From positions 1-64,000 of IMG/VR virus record IMGVR_UViG_3300025536_000010: a DNA stretch of 64,000 nucleotides; one strand, 5' to 3'. The notes under the pieces are model-generated. The model saw only the letters and a program-made list of their open reading frames with translations, did not search any database and was not told the origin of the DNA. This document shows positions 1 to 9,058 of this stretch, piece by piece. A program made the translations under genes and the position numbers. Numbering within the stretch: the first letter of the stretch is position 1; every line of letters begins with the position of its first letter.

Positions 1-1200
1 TTCCCCCCCGACGCTCTGTTCCACATGAAGGAGCCGACGCTCTCCGGTATCATCTGTCGCGGCTGGGGCTTGCCGCGCATCCTCAGCAACTTCCGCCAGA
101 TCTGGTATGTCCAGGTGCTGCGGCGCTTCAACGAAGCTATCGCCCTCGACTACGTTGTGCCCTTCCGCATTCTTACGCCGGCACCGGCGCAAGGCAGCAC
201 GGGTCGGGGCGGCATGAGCATCGACCCGATGAGCATGTTCGCTGGGCACGACTTCCGCGGCCTGGCTCGCAAGATGATCCGTGACCGCCGCCGCGATCCG
301 GCGTCGATCCAGGTTTTCCCGTTCCCGGTCAACTTCCAGATGTTCGGGGCCGACGCGAACCAGCTAGCCCCGCGTGACCTCATGGATCAGGGTCTGGAAA
401 CGTTGCTCAACGACGCCGGCACGCCCATCGAACTGTACAATGGTAGTCTCCAGTTGCAGACGGCCCCTGTGGCCCTGCGTCTGTTTGAGTCGACCTGGCA
501 TCATCTGGTCCACGACGCTAATTCCTTCCTGGCCTGGCTTGTGCGGCAGGTTTCGCAGATCATGTCCTGGGAGGCCGTGGACGCGGAACTCAAGCGGGTC
601 ACCATCGCGGACAACCTCGAAAAGCAGATGATGGCTGCCCAGCTGATGATGTCGCAGCAGCTGTCTGGCTCGACCGTGCTGGGCGACCTGGGCTTCGTCT
701 GGAAGAAGGAGCAGAAGCAGATTGCCGAAGAGGCACGCTACCAGTCCGAACTCCAGTCGCGTGCGCAGGAGGAGATGGACCAGACGGGGTTCGCCCAGCA
801 GATCGCCAAGGGCCAGGCCGCCTCCGGCGGTGGCGATCCGACTGCCCAGGGAGGCGCTGCTGGAGGTGCCGGCGGCCAGGCTGCCGCAGGCGCACCTCCG
901 GGGCCGATGGGCGCAATGGGCGGTCAGGGGCCGGTGTCGGCTTACCTGGGCTCCATGACGCCCAACGTGCCGCAGACGCCAGAGGACATGATGGCAGTGG
1001 CCGACAGCCTGGCCAACGACCTCCTGGGTCTGCCAGAGTCGGTCAAGGACAGCGAGCTGCGCAAGCTCAAGCAGTACAACGAGGCGCTGCACTCGATGGT
1101 GAAGGCCCGCATGCAGCAAAAACGGAGCGACGCCAAGAGTTCGGCGGGGAACGCTGCTGTCGGCCAGATGCAGCAAGGTGGTGGCGCTCCCCCCATGTAA
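1..1200 (+). CDS. Putative phage portal protein, C-terminal part (5' truncated by window edge)
   Basis: Frame is open from base 1 (FPPDALFH-MKEP...). The helical segment GWGLPRILSNFRQIWYVQVLRRFNEAIALDYVVPFR and the Q/G/P-rich tail resemble large-phage portal proteins; recognition by eye. Confidence 0.5.
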   Translation, partial: FPPDALFHMKEPTLSGIICRGWGLPRILSNFRQIWYVQVLRRFNEAIALDYVVPFRILTPAPAQGSTGRGGMSIDPMSMFAGHDFRGLARKMIRDRRRDPASIQVFPFPVNFQMFGADANQLAPRDLMDQGLETLLNDAGTPIELYNGSLQLQTAPVALRLFESTWHHLVHDANSFLAWLVRQVSQIMSWEAVDAELKRVTIADNLEKQMMAAQLMMSQQLSGSTVLGDLGFVWKKEQKQIAEEARYQSELQSRAQEEMDQTGFAQQIAKGQAASGGGDPTAQGGAAGGAGGQAAAGAPPGPMGAMGGQGPVSAYLGSMTPNVPQTPEDMMAVADSLANDLLGLPESVKDSELRKLKQYNEALHSMVKARMQQKRSDAKSSAGNAAVGQMQQGGGAPPM

Positions 1201-1209
1201 GGGAGCACC

Positions 1210-2034
1210 ATGAGCATCGCAATCATCATCCCGACTTACGGACACTTCGAGTACGCCGAACGGGCGCTCCGTTCGGCGTACCAGAAAACGCGCGACGAGG
1301 CGTCTATCATCTTCGTGGATGACGCCAGCCCCGATTGGGACTCACCGCCGCCGGCAAACGTCAAGGGCAGCATGGACGGCCTCTGGCAGGCATACGGCGA
1401 GATCCCGGAGGGCCGCAAGAAATTCTTCCACTTCGCCAAGAACGCTGGGCTGACGTCCGCCTGGAACTTCGGCCTGCACGTTGCCCGCGACATGGGTTGC
1501 ACCTATACCTGTGTCACCAACAGCGACGTAATCTTTTCACAGGACTGGGACAAGCCGATCCTGGCCAACTTGGAAGGCTCTAAGCGCAAGCGCTGGGATC
1601 TTCTTGGTCCGGTCACCAACGGCCCTGGCAGCGAGCAGGATCAGCACGTCCGCGGCCATCACCCGCCGCCCGGTTACGTCCAGTCGGACGCGGAACACGA
1701 GATCGACTACACTAGCCGCATGCTCCAGTGGCATAACGAAGACCACGTCAGTCGCCACGCCATCAACGGCTTCTGCATGGTCGCCAAGACCGAAACATGG
1801 TGGCAGTACGCCTACACCAAAGATGCAGTCTTCAAACCAAAGAACGAGTTCAACTCGAAGATGCAGCGCAACCCGACGCCTGGTATGACGTTGCAGGAGT
1901 ATGAACTCCAGGCTCGTTGGCGCGAGGCGGGCTTGCGTATCGGGTACTGCCCCGGTAGCTTCGTGTTCCATTACCGCTCGGTGACACGCGGCGACCGCTA
2001 TAAAGGTGCCAACTGGTACAGGACAAAGGCATGA
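1210..2034 (+). CDS. Glycosyltransferase family 2 (GT-A)
   Basis: IIIPTYG, FVDDAS, AWNFGL, VTNSDV, FVFHYRS motifs; RBS GGGAG. Confidence 0.85.
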   Translation: MSIAIIIPTYGHFEYAERALRSAYQKTRDEASIIFVDDASPDWDSPPPANVKGSMDGLWQAYGEIPEGRKKFFHFAKNAGLTSAWNFGLHVARDMGCTYTCVTNSDVIFSQDWDKPILANLEGSKRKRWDLLGPVTNGPGSEQDQHVRGHHPPPGYVQSDAEHEIDYTSRMLQWHNEDHVSRHAINGFCMVAKTETWWQYAYTKDAVFKPKNEFNSKMQRNPTPGMTLQEYELQARWREAGLRIGYCPGSFVFHYRSVTRGDRYKGANWYRTKA

Positions 2035-3077
2035 TCTGCATACTCTCTCCTTACGGTCGCGGCGAGGTCACTACCGCCGCGATCCGTCTCGCGGACCTCG
2101 TGCTGTCTATCGGCACCGAGGTCCGTTTTGTGGCGTGCGGACGCATGGAAAAGAACGTCCACCCGTTTTGGGACAGCCGCGTGCTGACCGGGCGCGGCGA
2201 GGGCGTCTACAAGGCAGCGCGTGGTTGTGAGCGGGTCATTCACTTCCTTGTGGACCCCGCGCACGTTGAGCGCGTTAAGCTCGTGGCTGAGAAGGCTGAG
2301 CATATTCTGGTGCCCTCATGGCACGACCTGCGGCCGTGCGACGTGCGCCACTTGGCCTCCTACGGTTTGATCGTTGCTCCTACGCAAATGGCTGCCAGGC
2401 TGCTGCAACAGGAGTGCTTCGGCGGTACGCACCCGTCGTTGACCTGGTGTCGCTGGGACGCTGGACTACCGCCGACACGCCGCGACGGCGTGGTCGCGGA
2501 CAAAGTCATCCGGGCTTGTTTCTACTGCGACGCCTCGGCTATCGACTTCTGCGGCCCGTTGGTGCTGCACGTTGCGCACGAACTGCTGTCCCTGCTCGGG
2601 CGCCTGGAGATCACACTGCTGTCGACTAAATCGTGGTCGAAGCAGGACCGGCAGGAGATGAAACGGTTCATGACCCGCTGGCCTGGCCGCCTAAAACATA
2701 AGCGCGTCGGCAACACCATCGAGCAGGCCAAGGATTTCCACGCCCACGACTGGGTTGTTTTCCCTGGTGTGCGTGGCGATTTTGGCATCAACGTGGTGCG
2801 TGCTTTGGCGTGCGGCGCGCCCTGCGTCGTCTATGACGTGGAGCCGTTCAGCGAGCTTATCTCGGATGACAGGAATGGTGTCCTTGTGCCCTGCGAGGTC
2901 AGGGTTACGGCCATGAAGGCCCCGCTGGCTGTGCCGAGCGCGGATAAGCTGATTGCCGGTTGTGCGCGAGCGTTTGCCGATACGCAACTGCTCATTGCCA
3001 TGCAGCAGCGCGACTGGATGATTAAGGAACACCAAGGGGCGTTCAACGAGGCGTGGCTCAGAGCTATCGGTTATTGA
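2031..3077 (+). CDS. Glycosyltransferase, GT-B (GT4-like)
   Basis: C-terminal VVFPGVRGDFGINVVRALACGAPCVVYDVEPFSELISDDRNGVLVP matches the GT4 E-x7-E region; ATGA overlap with previous gene. Confidence 0.75.
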   Translation: MICILSPYGRGEVTTAAIRLADLVLSIGTEVRFVACGRMEKNVHPFWDSRVLTGRGEGVYKAARGCERVIHFLVDPAHVERVKLVAEKAEHILVPSWHDLRPCDVRHLASYGLIVAPTQMAARLLQQECFGGTHPSLTWCRWDAGLPPTRRDGVVADKVIRACFYCDASAIDFCGPLVLHVAHELLSLLGRLEITLLSTKSWSKQDRQEMKRFMTRWPGRLKHKRVGNTIEQAKDFHAHDWVVFPGVRGDFGINVVRALACGAPCVVYDVEPFSELISDDRNGVLVPCEVRVTAMKAPLAVPSADKLIAGCARAFADTQLLIAMQQRDWMIKEHQGAFNEAWLRAIGY

Positions 3078-3095
3078 CTAAAAGCCAGTTTTGAG
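3078..3095 (+). repeat. Dispersed AAAAGCC-nn-TTTT motif copy
   Basis: CTAAAAGCCAGTTTTGAG, intergenic. Confidence 0.7.
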
Positions 3096-3108
3096 AACCT
3101 GGCCGACT

Positions 3109-3117
3109 TGTTATACT
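3109..3117 (+). promoter_or_regulatory. Extended -10 promoter element upstream of the tubulin operon
   Basis: TG-T-TATACT about 30 nt before the RBS/ATG at 3148. Confidence 0.5.
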
Positions 3118-3147
3118 CTGGGAGTCCGAAAGGCGAAAGGAGTCGCT

Positions 3148-3324
3148 ATGAGGAATCCTGCACTGATCGCGTGGCTGGCCAAACAAGCAGCTGTTACGTC
3201 TCGTTCGCGGGTCGTACCGGCCAAGGACGCCGAGAGCGTCGCCAAGGCCCTCAAAGAGGAGCCACCCACAGCTTCGCAGGCGGCGACGCGCTACGGCCGT
3301 AAACCTTATCTACGGGGACCATGA
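3148..3324 (+). CDS. Small hypothetical protein (58 aa)
   Basis: Strong RBS AAAGGAG; MRNPALIAWLAKQAA...; stop 1 nt before tubulin start. Confidence 0.6.
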   Translation: MRNPALIAWLAKQAAVTSRSRVVPAKDAESVAKALKEEPPTASQAATRYGRKPYLRGP

Positions 3325-3325
3325 C

Positions 3326-4603
3326 ATGGCTGATGACAAAGACCTCAACAAGTCGCTCGAAGCTGCCCAGCAGCGCCCTGTTCGCGCTGGTAAGCTGACG
3401 CCGGCCAAGAAGGAGGCCAGTGCCCCAGCGCCAGGTGCCAAGGGGCCTGGCAACATCGCCGCCCGCCTCAACCCTGCGGCCCACCAGCAGGCCACCAAGC
3501 AGGTCGTAGTCAACGACGACTTCGATTACGACACGGCGATGCACATGGCTTTCATCGGCGCCGGCCAGGGTGGCTCGCGCATCGCCAACAGTTTCTGGAA
3601 GCTGGGTTACCGCCGCGTGGGCATCTTCAATACCACCGAAAGCGACTTCGAGGGCCTGGAGGCTGAGATCCCCAAACTCTCGCTCGATATTGGCGGGGCT
3701 GCCAAGGACATGAAGTTTGCTCGGCAGGCCCTCGACGGCCGCACCGAAGAGATCTGGGATCTCATGATTCGGTCCTGGGGTAACAACCCAGACTGTGCTC
3801 TGGTTTGCGTCGGCCTGGGCGGTGGTTCGGGCTCCGGTTGCGCTCTGCCCATCGTGCAGCTGGCCCGCAAGTACATGGAGGCCAAGAATCGGCCGCCGCG
3901 CGTCGGTGCCATCGTCAGCCTGCCCAGCGTGACAGAGGGCCAAATCGTGGCTCGCAACGCCGTCACGGCCTTTGGTGAGTTGCTCCAGGCCAAGGTGAGC
4001 CCGCTGCTCATCATCGACAACAGCCGCGTCCATAGTCTGTATCGGCCGTCCATGAGTCAGCTGTTGCCCAAGAGCAACGAACTGGTCAGCCAGATGCTGC
4101 ACCTGTTCAACCAGCTGGCGGCCATCCATAGTCCGCACATCACCTTCGACCGTAATGAGTTTGCCCAGCTGCTCGATGGTGGTATCTGCGTCATGGGCTG
4201 CGCCGACATCAACAAGCTGGACAGCCCGGCGGACATCTCGGCCGCGATCCGCGACGAACTGGCCCAGAGCATCCTGGCCGAGGTTGATCTGCGCCGTGGG
4301 CGTAAAGCCGCCTGCCTGTTTGTGGGTCATCAGGACATTCTGGACTCGCTCGACCTGGACTATTTTGATGCTGGGTTCACCACGCTCGACCGCATCGTGG
4401 GCTCGGCGTACCAGGACAAGGACAAAGACCCCACGGTCATTCATCGTGGCCTTTACCCGGGTGTGGACGCTGGGTTACAGTGCTATACGATGATTTCGGA
4501 ACTCGACCCGCCTCGGGGTCGCCTCCAGGAGCTTGCCAAGAAAGGCGGGCTCGCCGTGACGCAAGGGGCGTCGGTGGCGAAACACCTGGGCGTCGGGGAC
4601 TGA
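3326..4603 (+). CDS. Tubulin/FtsZ-family GTPase (PhuZ/TubZ-like)
   Basis: FIGAGQGGSRIA, NTTESD, GLGGGSGSG tubulin signature, LPSVTEG, IIDN, T7-like TFDRNEF. Confidence 0.92.
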   Translation: MADDKDLNKSLEAAQQRPVRAGKLTPAKKEASAPAPGAKGPGNIAARLNPAAHQQATKQVVVNDDFDYDTAMHMAFIGAGQGGSRIANSFWKLGYRRVGIFNTTESDFEGLEAEIPKLSLDIGGAAKDMKFARQALDGRTEEIWDLMIRSWGNNPDCALVCVGLGGGSGSGCALPIVQLARKYMEAKNRPPRVGAIVSLPSVTEGQIVARNAVTAFGELLQAKVSPLLIIDNSRVHSLYRPSMSQLLPKSNELVSQMLHLFNQLAAIHSPHITFDRNEFAQLLDGGICVMGCADINKLDSPADISAAIRDELAQSILAEVDLRRGRKAACLFVGHQDILDSLDLDYFDAGFTTLDRIVGSAYQDKDKDPTVIHRGLYPGVDAGLQCYTMISELDPPRGRLQELAKKGGLAVTQGASVAKHLGVGD

Positions 4604-4633
4604 ACTACATACACGGCGGCCCCAGGTGCCATC

Positions 4634-5014
4634 ATGGACCGAGCTTTCAATGTCGATCCCTATGCGTGCGGGTCGTTGCCGCCGCGACCCGGACGCCTGT
4701 GCAACCCGCGCTACGACGCAGGGACAAGGCAGCACACCTTGTCCTTGCCGCCTTGCCCGCCCGGCGTAAAACGCCGGGCCGTGTTTTTCGAGGTGCGCGG
4801 CCAGGGCACCAGCACGGTGCAGGTTCGTCCCGGCCTCGACACCGTGAGCATCGCCTTGCCGCCCAACGCTTCCGTGGTGGCCTTTGTTATGCACTACGGG
4901 CCACACGGCGAGGCTGTCGCCGGTCCCTTGTCAGCCTTCCGGGCGACGACCAAGGCCCCACCAAGGCCCAAGCGCCCCAAGGTCAATCGTACTGAGGAGA
5001 GGACGCCGGCATGA
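4634..5014 (+). CDS. Hypothetical protein
   Basis: ORF coupled by ATGA overlap to next gene; basic C-terminus. Confidence 0.55.
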   Translation: MDRAFNVDPYACGSLPPRPGRLCNPRYDAGTRQHTLSLPPCPPGVKRRAVFFEVRGQGTSTVQVRPGLDTVSIALPPNASVVAFVMHYGPHGEAVAGPLSAFRATTKAPPRPKRPKVNRTEERTPA

Positions 5015-5319
5015 ACCAACCACCCTGCGACATCTGCCCGCACAGCAACAACGTCCAGCCGTGCGACCAGCCTTGCGTGTTCCTCATGGCGGTACTGCAC
5101 CTACCAGGTGGGACGCCCAAGGTCGTCACCTCGCCGCGCTACACGGTGGAGATGTCTCGCCTGGGCGAACTGGTCGACAAGATCCCCGATTTCGGCAACG
5201 ACATCGCCAACGAACTGCGCAACCAGCTGCAACTTCCGCCTGTCGCCAGTACGCTCTACGGCAAGGTGGAAATGGCCGGAGACACCAATGTCGATCAAAC
5301 CAAGCCTGAGCCAAAATAA
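5011..5319 (+). CDS. Hypothetical protein
   Basis: RBS GAGGAG, N-terminal Cys cluster CDIC..CDQPC. Confidence 0.6.
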   Translation: MNQPPCDICPHSNNVQPCDQPCVFLMAVLHLPGGTPKVVTSPRYTVEMSRLGELVDKIPDFGNDIANELRNQLQLPPVASTLYGKVEMAGDTNVDQTKPEPK

Positions 5320-5908
5320 AGCGAACGTCGTCATCGTGGACGACTTTTTCGAGAACCCCAATGACGTGCGCAACTTCGCCACGGGCATGCCCTACGTCCG
5401 TGAGGACACGCGCTACAAGGTCCAGCGCTCGCAGGAGCGTTACCTCTTCTCCGGCGTCAAGGAACGCTTCGAGGCCCTGCTGGGCAAGAAGATCACGGTC
5501 TGGGAGGCCCACGGTTTCAACGGCGTCTTCCAGCTGTCGGTCAGCGGCGACAAAGTCGTCTACCACAGCGATCATCAGAGCTATGCGGGCGTGGTCTACT
5601 TGACGCCGGACGCGCCGCCACAAAGCGGCACGGTGCTGATCCGCTCGAAGGGTAACAAACTGCGCTGCCCCGAGGAGGCCGTGAAAGCGAACCTCTCGAC
5701 CGAGCTAGCTTCGCGGCAAATGTACGGGGACGGTAACCCGGGCAAGCTGCTCGACCCAACTGCTTGGGAGATCGTCGACGTCATCGGTAACCGCTACAAC
5801 CGCCTGGCCATCTGGAATGCCCGTCTGGCCCATGCGGGCATGAACTACTTCGGCAACAACATCAACGATGGAAGGCTAGTACAAATGTACTTCTTTGACT
5901 GTGGGTGA
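5288..5908 (+). CDS. 2OG-Fe(II) oxygenase (DUF6445-like)
   Basis: VVIVDDFFENP, HSD metal motif (VYHSDHQSYAGVVYLTP), distal His (NRLAIWNARLAH), RLVQMYFFD. Confidence 0.8.
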   Translation: MSIKPSLSQNKANVVIVDDFFENPNDVRNFATGMPYVREDTRYKVQRSQERYLFSGVKERFEALLGKKITVWEAHGFNGVFQLSVSGDKVVYHSDHQSYAGVVYLTPDAPPQSGTVLIRSKGNKLRCPEEAVKANLSTELASRQMYGDGNPGKLLDPTAWEIVDVIGNRYNRLAIWNARLAHAGMNYFGNNINDGRLVQMYFFDCG

Positions 5909-6378
5909 TTTTCATGCTGACTTTGTGGGATACGAAAACGTGTACGACGTGTAAGAAAGAGAAACTGTCGGACCAGTTTCGTGTGGGGAGGCGAGACTGC
6001 GTCGAGTGCTCCAAAGAAAACTGTCGTGATTGGTACGCCAACAACAAGGAGCACGCTCGTCGCTATCACGCAAGCGCCGACCGAAGGGCGCGCTGTAAAA
6101 CCACGCACCTGCTGCGCACCTATGGGCTCTCGTACGAAGACTACGAGGCCCTCGTCACGAAACAAAAAGGTCGCTGCGCTATCTGCCGCAAGAAGTGCGT
6201 TTCCATGTCAGCGTATCGCGGACTCCGTGGTGCGGACGGGTCTTCTTTCCGCGTCGATCATTGCCACAAAACTGGCAGGGTTCGTGGTCTGTTGTGCGTA
6301 GAGTGCAACATTGGACTTGGCAAGTTCAAGGACGACGCCGGTTTACTGAAAAAGGCGTACGAGTATCTGGAAAAGTAA
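5905..6378 (+). CDS. Endonuclease VII-family (HNH-like) nuclease
   Basis: CAIC...VDHCHKTGRVRGLLCVECNIGLGKFKDD...AYEYL. Confidence 0.9.
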   Translation: MIFMLTLWDTKTCTTCKKEKLSDQFRVGRRDCVECSKENCRDWYANNKEHARRYHASADRRARCKTTHLLRTYGLSYEDYEALVTKQKGRCAICRKKCVSMSAYRGLRGADGSSFRVDHCHKTGRVRGLLCVECNIGLGKFKDDAGLLKKAYEYLEK

Positions 6379-6384
6379 AACGAC

Positions 6385-6609
6385 ATGCCTGACGTTATCA
6401 AACTGCACGACCTGGCTGGCAACTTCCTCTGCGAGGCCAAATTGTCTCCCAAGAAGAACAGGTCGTTGCTGCCCCTGATTGCCTGGTTCGATGAGGGCAG
6501 CAAGCGTCGGTATTTCTTGCAGCACCCACTGGCAGTCGAGAACTACCACGAGGTCGACTGCGTCGAAGACATGCTGCCCGTGGAGCCGCAACCATGCCAA
6601 ACACCCTGA
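6385..6609 (+). CDS. Hypothetical protein
   Basis: ORF in operon context. Confidence 0.55.
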   Translation: MPDVIKLHDLAGNFLCEAKLSPKKNRSLLPLIAWFDEGSKRRYFLQHPLAVENYHEVDCVEDMLPVEPQPCQTP

Positions 6610-7166
6610 CCTTTCGGGCGCACTGCTACGAGGAGTCGTGCGACCTGGGCGGTGTCGAGTACACCTGCCCCGCGTGCGGCAAAGACGACACGGACTACGA
6701 CGATCTGTGGTGGAAGCGCGACGAGTATGTACAGCCGGGCGGCTGGATCGACTTCTGTTGTTCCAGTTGCGCGCGGCGTATCGTCGCTTTCTACGAGGAC
6801 GGCGACATGGTCCTTTACGACGCCGTGCAGGTGCGTAAAGACTGGTGGGAGGGCGCAGTGGATAGCGGCGCTGACTTGCGTTACCTGCTCAGAAAGATTC
6901 AAAAGACCACGCCGCCTGGCGCGGAGCTGCGAAAGGACAACATCGTGGAAGTACAACTGATAAGCCGGATTGGTACGCCGCTGGGCACTGCCGAAGTTCT
7001 CAAGGATGCAACCGAAGGCGGTTTGGCCAGGCGCGTCCTTATCGTCGAGAACGTCAAGGGCGAGGTGCATCGCTGTTTCGAGCCCACCGAGGATAAACTG
7101 GTCTACAAGGAAGTCGATTTCGAGGAGATCAAAATCACGCCGCGCGAAGCGCCGAAGAAGGTCTGA
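6594..7166 (+). CDS. Hypothetical protein with N-terminal Zn-ribbon
   Basis: CPAC...CSSC Cys pairs. Confidence 0.6.
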   Translation: MPNTLTFRAHCYEESCDLGGVEYTCPACGKDDTDYDDLWWKRDEYVQPGGWIDFCCSSCARRIVAFYEDGDMVLYDAVQVRKDWWEGAVDSGADLRYLLRKIQKTTPPGAELRKDNIVEVQLISRIGTPLGTAEVLKDATEGGLARRVLIVENVKGEVHRCFEPTEDKLVYKEVDFEEIKITPREAPKKV

Positions 7167-7215
7167 GGTCCGCGCGGTTGCAGGCCGGTCGGCCAGCGCA
7201 AACAAGGAGGTTATC

Positions 7216-7665
7216 ATGTCCGGTCAGAACCTGTACGGGTCGTTCGGCAACACGATCCAGGTCAACCAGGGCGGGTTGTTCGACGAGATCCAGCACACTC
7301 AGGGGGGTCACCCCCACATCATGCAGTACCTGTGGACCAAGTATTGCAAGTACCTCCAGGACCAGGTGCAGGCGCGCCAGGCGAAAGGTTTGCCGTGCCT
7401 GAGCCTGTCCGAAGCGCTCCGCAAGGCCCCGGCGCTTGGCTTCGTTACCTGGGCCGCCGAGTTCTTGAAGGACTGTCGGCCTGTGCAAGCCTTCTTCGTC
7501 GACGAAAATCAGGGGCTGATCCTGGAGAACAATGACTGCGTCTGTATCTCTCCAGGCGTTCCTGTCCAGGGCACCATGCAGGACAGTGGTGCGGTTCAGG
7601 TCACGGAAGGCAGAAGTCGTGAGGGCAGTGAAGGCGTCATTCAGACGCCAGCCCTCAGAATCTAA
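7216..7665 (+). CDS. Hypothetical protein
   Basis: RBS AAGGAGG before ATG 7216. Confidence 0.7.
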   Translation: MSGQNLYGSFGNTIQVNQGGLFDEIQHTQGGHPHIMQYLWTKYCKYLQDQVQARQAKGLPCLSLSEALRKAPALGFVTWAAEFLKDCRPVQAFFVDENQGLILENNDCVCISPGVPVQGTMQDSGAVQVTEGRSREGSEGVIQTPALRI

Positions 7666-7680
7666 AAGCCACTATTTGAG
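7662..7680 (+). repeat. Dispersed AAAAGCC-nn-TTTT motif copy
   Basis: CTAAAAGCCACTATTTGAG overlapping the TAA stop. Confidence 0.65.
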
Positions 7681-7686
7681 GAACAC

Positions 7687-8442
7687 ATGGCAGCCAAGCA
7701 ACCGCAGCAGGAGCTTCACGAAAACCTCGTGGTCCTTCTCCAACACCTGTTCCATCAGAAGTTCTGTCCAGCCGAGGAGATCGACGCGCAGAAACGTGCG
7801 CACATCATGCCAGTCTACTTCTACGGCTGGCTGGATAAGCACATGAACATGATGAACGCCGAAGAGGAGTGCGCCGCTGCCGGCGTCTCGCTCGACACCT
7901 GGCATGTGCTGGAGGAGATCGTCAACTCGGGCGTCGCCGTCGAGCGCACTTTTCAGGTGTGGTACACCGTCGTCCTGGCGCACCGCCCGCAGCCGAAGGT
8001 CGACCTCGAACGCTGCACGGTCACCATGCAGCTGCACTACGCGGACGGTACGATCACGCCGATCCAGGTCATGCTGGACCGGCGCTTGATCGAGGGGCCT
8101 GGGTTCACGGACGGCTTGATTGCGGCCCAGCTGACCAGGCACATGCAAGCCTTCATCAGCGAGATCTTGGAAAGCGGTCTGGACGGTCTGCGCAAGAAGG
8201 GCAAGAACTATCGCGGTGGGACGCCCGAAGACCCCTTCGAGGTCATGATGGGCCTCATGCTCAAGCACATGATCCCCAAACTCCAGCCCGAGTACCGGCA
8301 GCCCGTCGAAGACTATGTGCGCTACGCTCAGGCGATTCTGCGCCCGGTCGTGCCGCCCGAGATGATCGCGCACTTCGAGCGCGAGAAGGCCAAGTCGGAG
8401 CCCCAGCCCGAAGGTCCAGCTCGGGGCGGCTGGGACGTCTAG
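7687..8442 (+). CDS. Hypothetical protein
   Basis: RBS GAGGA; GC3-rich codon pattern. Confidence 0.7.
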   Translation: MAAKQPQQELHENLVVLLQHLFHQKFCPAEEIDAQKRAHIMPVYFYGWLDKHMNMMNAEEECAAAGVSLDTWHVLEEIVNSGVAVERTFQVWYTVVLAHRPQPKVDLERCTVTMQLHYADGTITPIQVMLDRRLIEGPGFTDGLIAAQLTRHMQAFISEILESGLDGLRKKGKNYRGGTPEDPFEVMMGLMLKHMIPKLQPEYRQPVEDYVRYAQAILRPVVPPEMIAHFEREKAKSEPQPEGPARGGWDV

Positions 8443-8504
8443 GGGTAGCGTAAGCCCTGGCGATTGACGATAATACGGGCATGGCTTATTCACGGAGGAA
8501 CGCC

Positions 8505-9056
8505 ATGCCCGTACTGCCTGCGAACTTCTTCACCCGGACGGAACTGCAACGGCTGCTCGTCCGCGCCGATGAATTGCTGCACGCGACCCAGGACGGCGAA
8601 CTGGCCTACTGCTTGCGTCAGCTGCTCACCGGCGCCGCGAACCTCGACGGCGTGCTGGCCGAATTGCCTGTCACGCCGCATCCCGTCAACAAGGCTCTGG
8701 AGAACCCGAACAACTGGGCTTCGGCCTGGGTGGGCGGGTCTTGCTCCGTTCACACGCACAAGGGCCGCTTCCGCATCGAGTACGGTCAGCAAGTCCTCAA
8801 GCGGCCCAATGGCGACGTTATCGGTACGAGTCGCTACCGCATTCGCATTGGCGATGGTGAGGATGCGGAAGAGTACACGTCCTGCGACCGCACCAACCTC
8901 CGCAACGTGGCCTTCTCTTACCTGAGCAAGTTCGAGGACACGCCGGCCGACAACGTCCGTGACGTACTGCTCAGGTTGTTCGGAGCGCACCCGCGCGACG
9001 ACGAGGGCATGGTGGACGCGCTCGCCGAACTACCCAAAACCAAGGAGGGTTCGTAG
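8505..9056 (+). CDS. Hypothetical protein
   Basis: RBS GGAGG before ATG 8505. Confidence 0.7.
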   Translation: MPVLPANFFTRTELQRLLVRADELLHATQDGELAYCLRQLLTGAANLDGVLAELPVTPHPVNKALENPNNWASAWVGGSCSVHTHKGRFRIEYGQQVLKRPNGDVIGTSRYRIRIGDGEDAEEYTSCDRTNLRNVAFSYLSKFEDTPADNVRDVLLRLFGAHPRDDEGMVDALAELPKTKEGS

Positions 9057-9058
9057 CC

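Noticed and set aside
3326-4603. Calling this a nucleus-forming phage
   Set aside because: No chimallin-like gene is recognisable in the window, and tubulin alone is insufficient.
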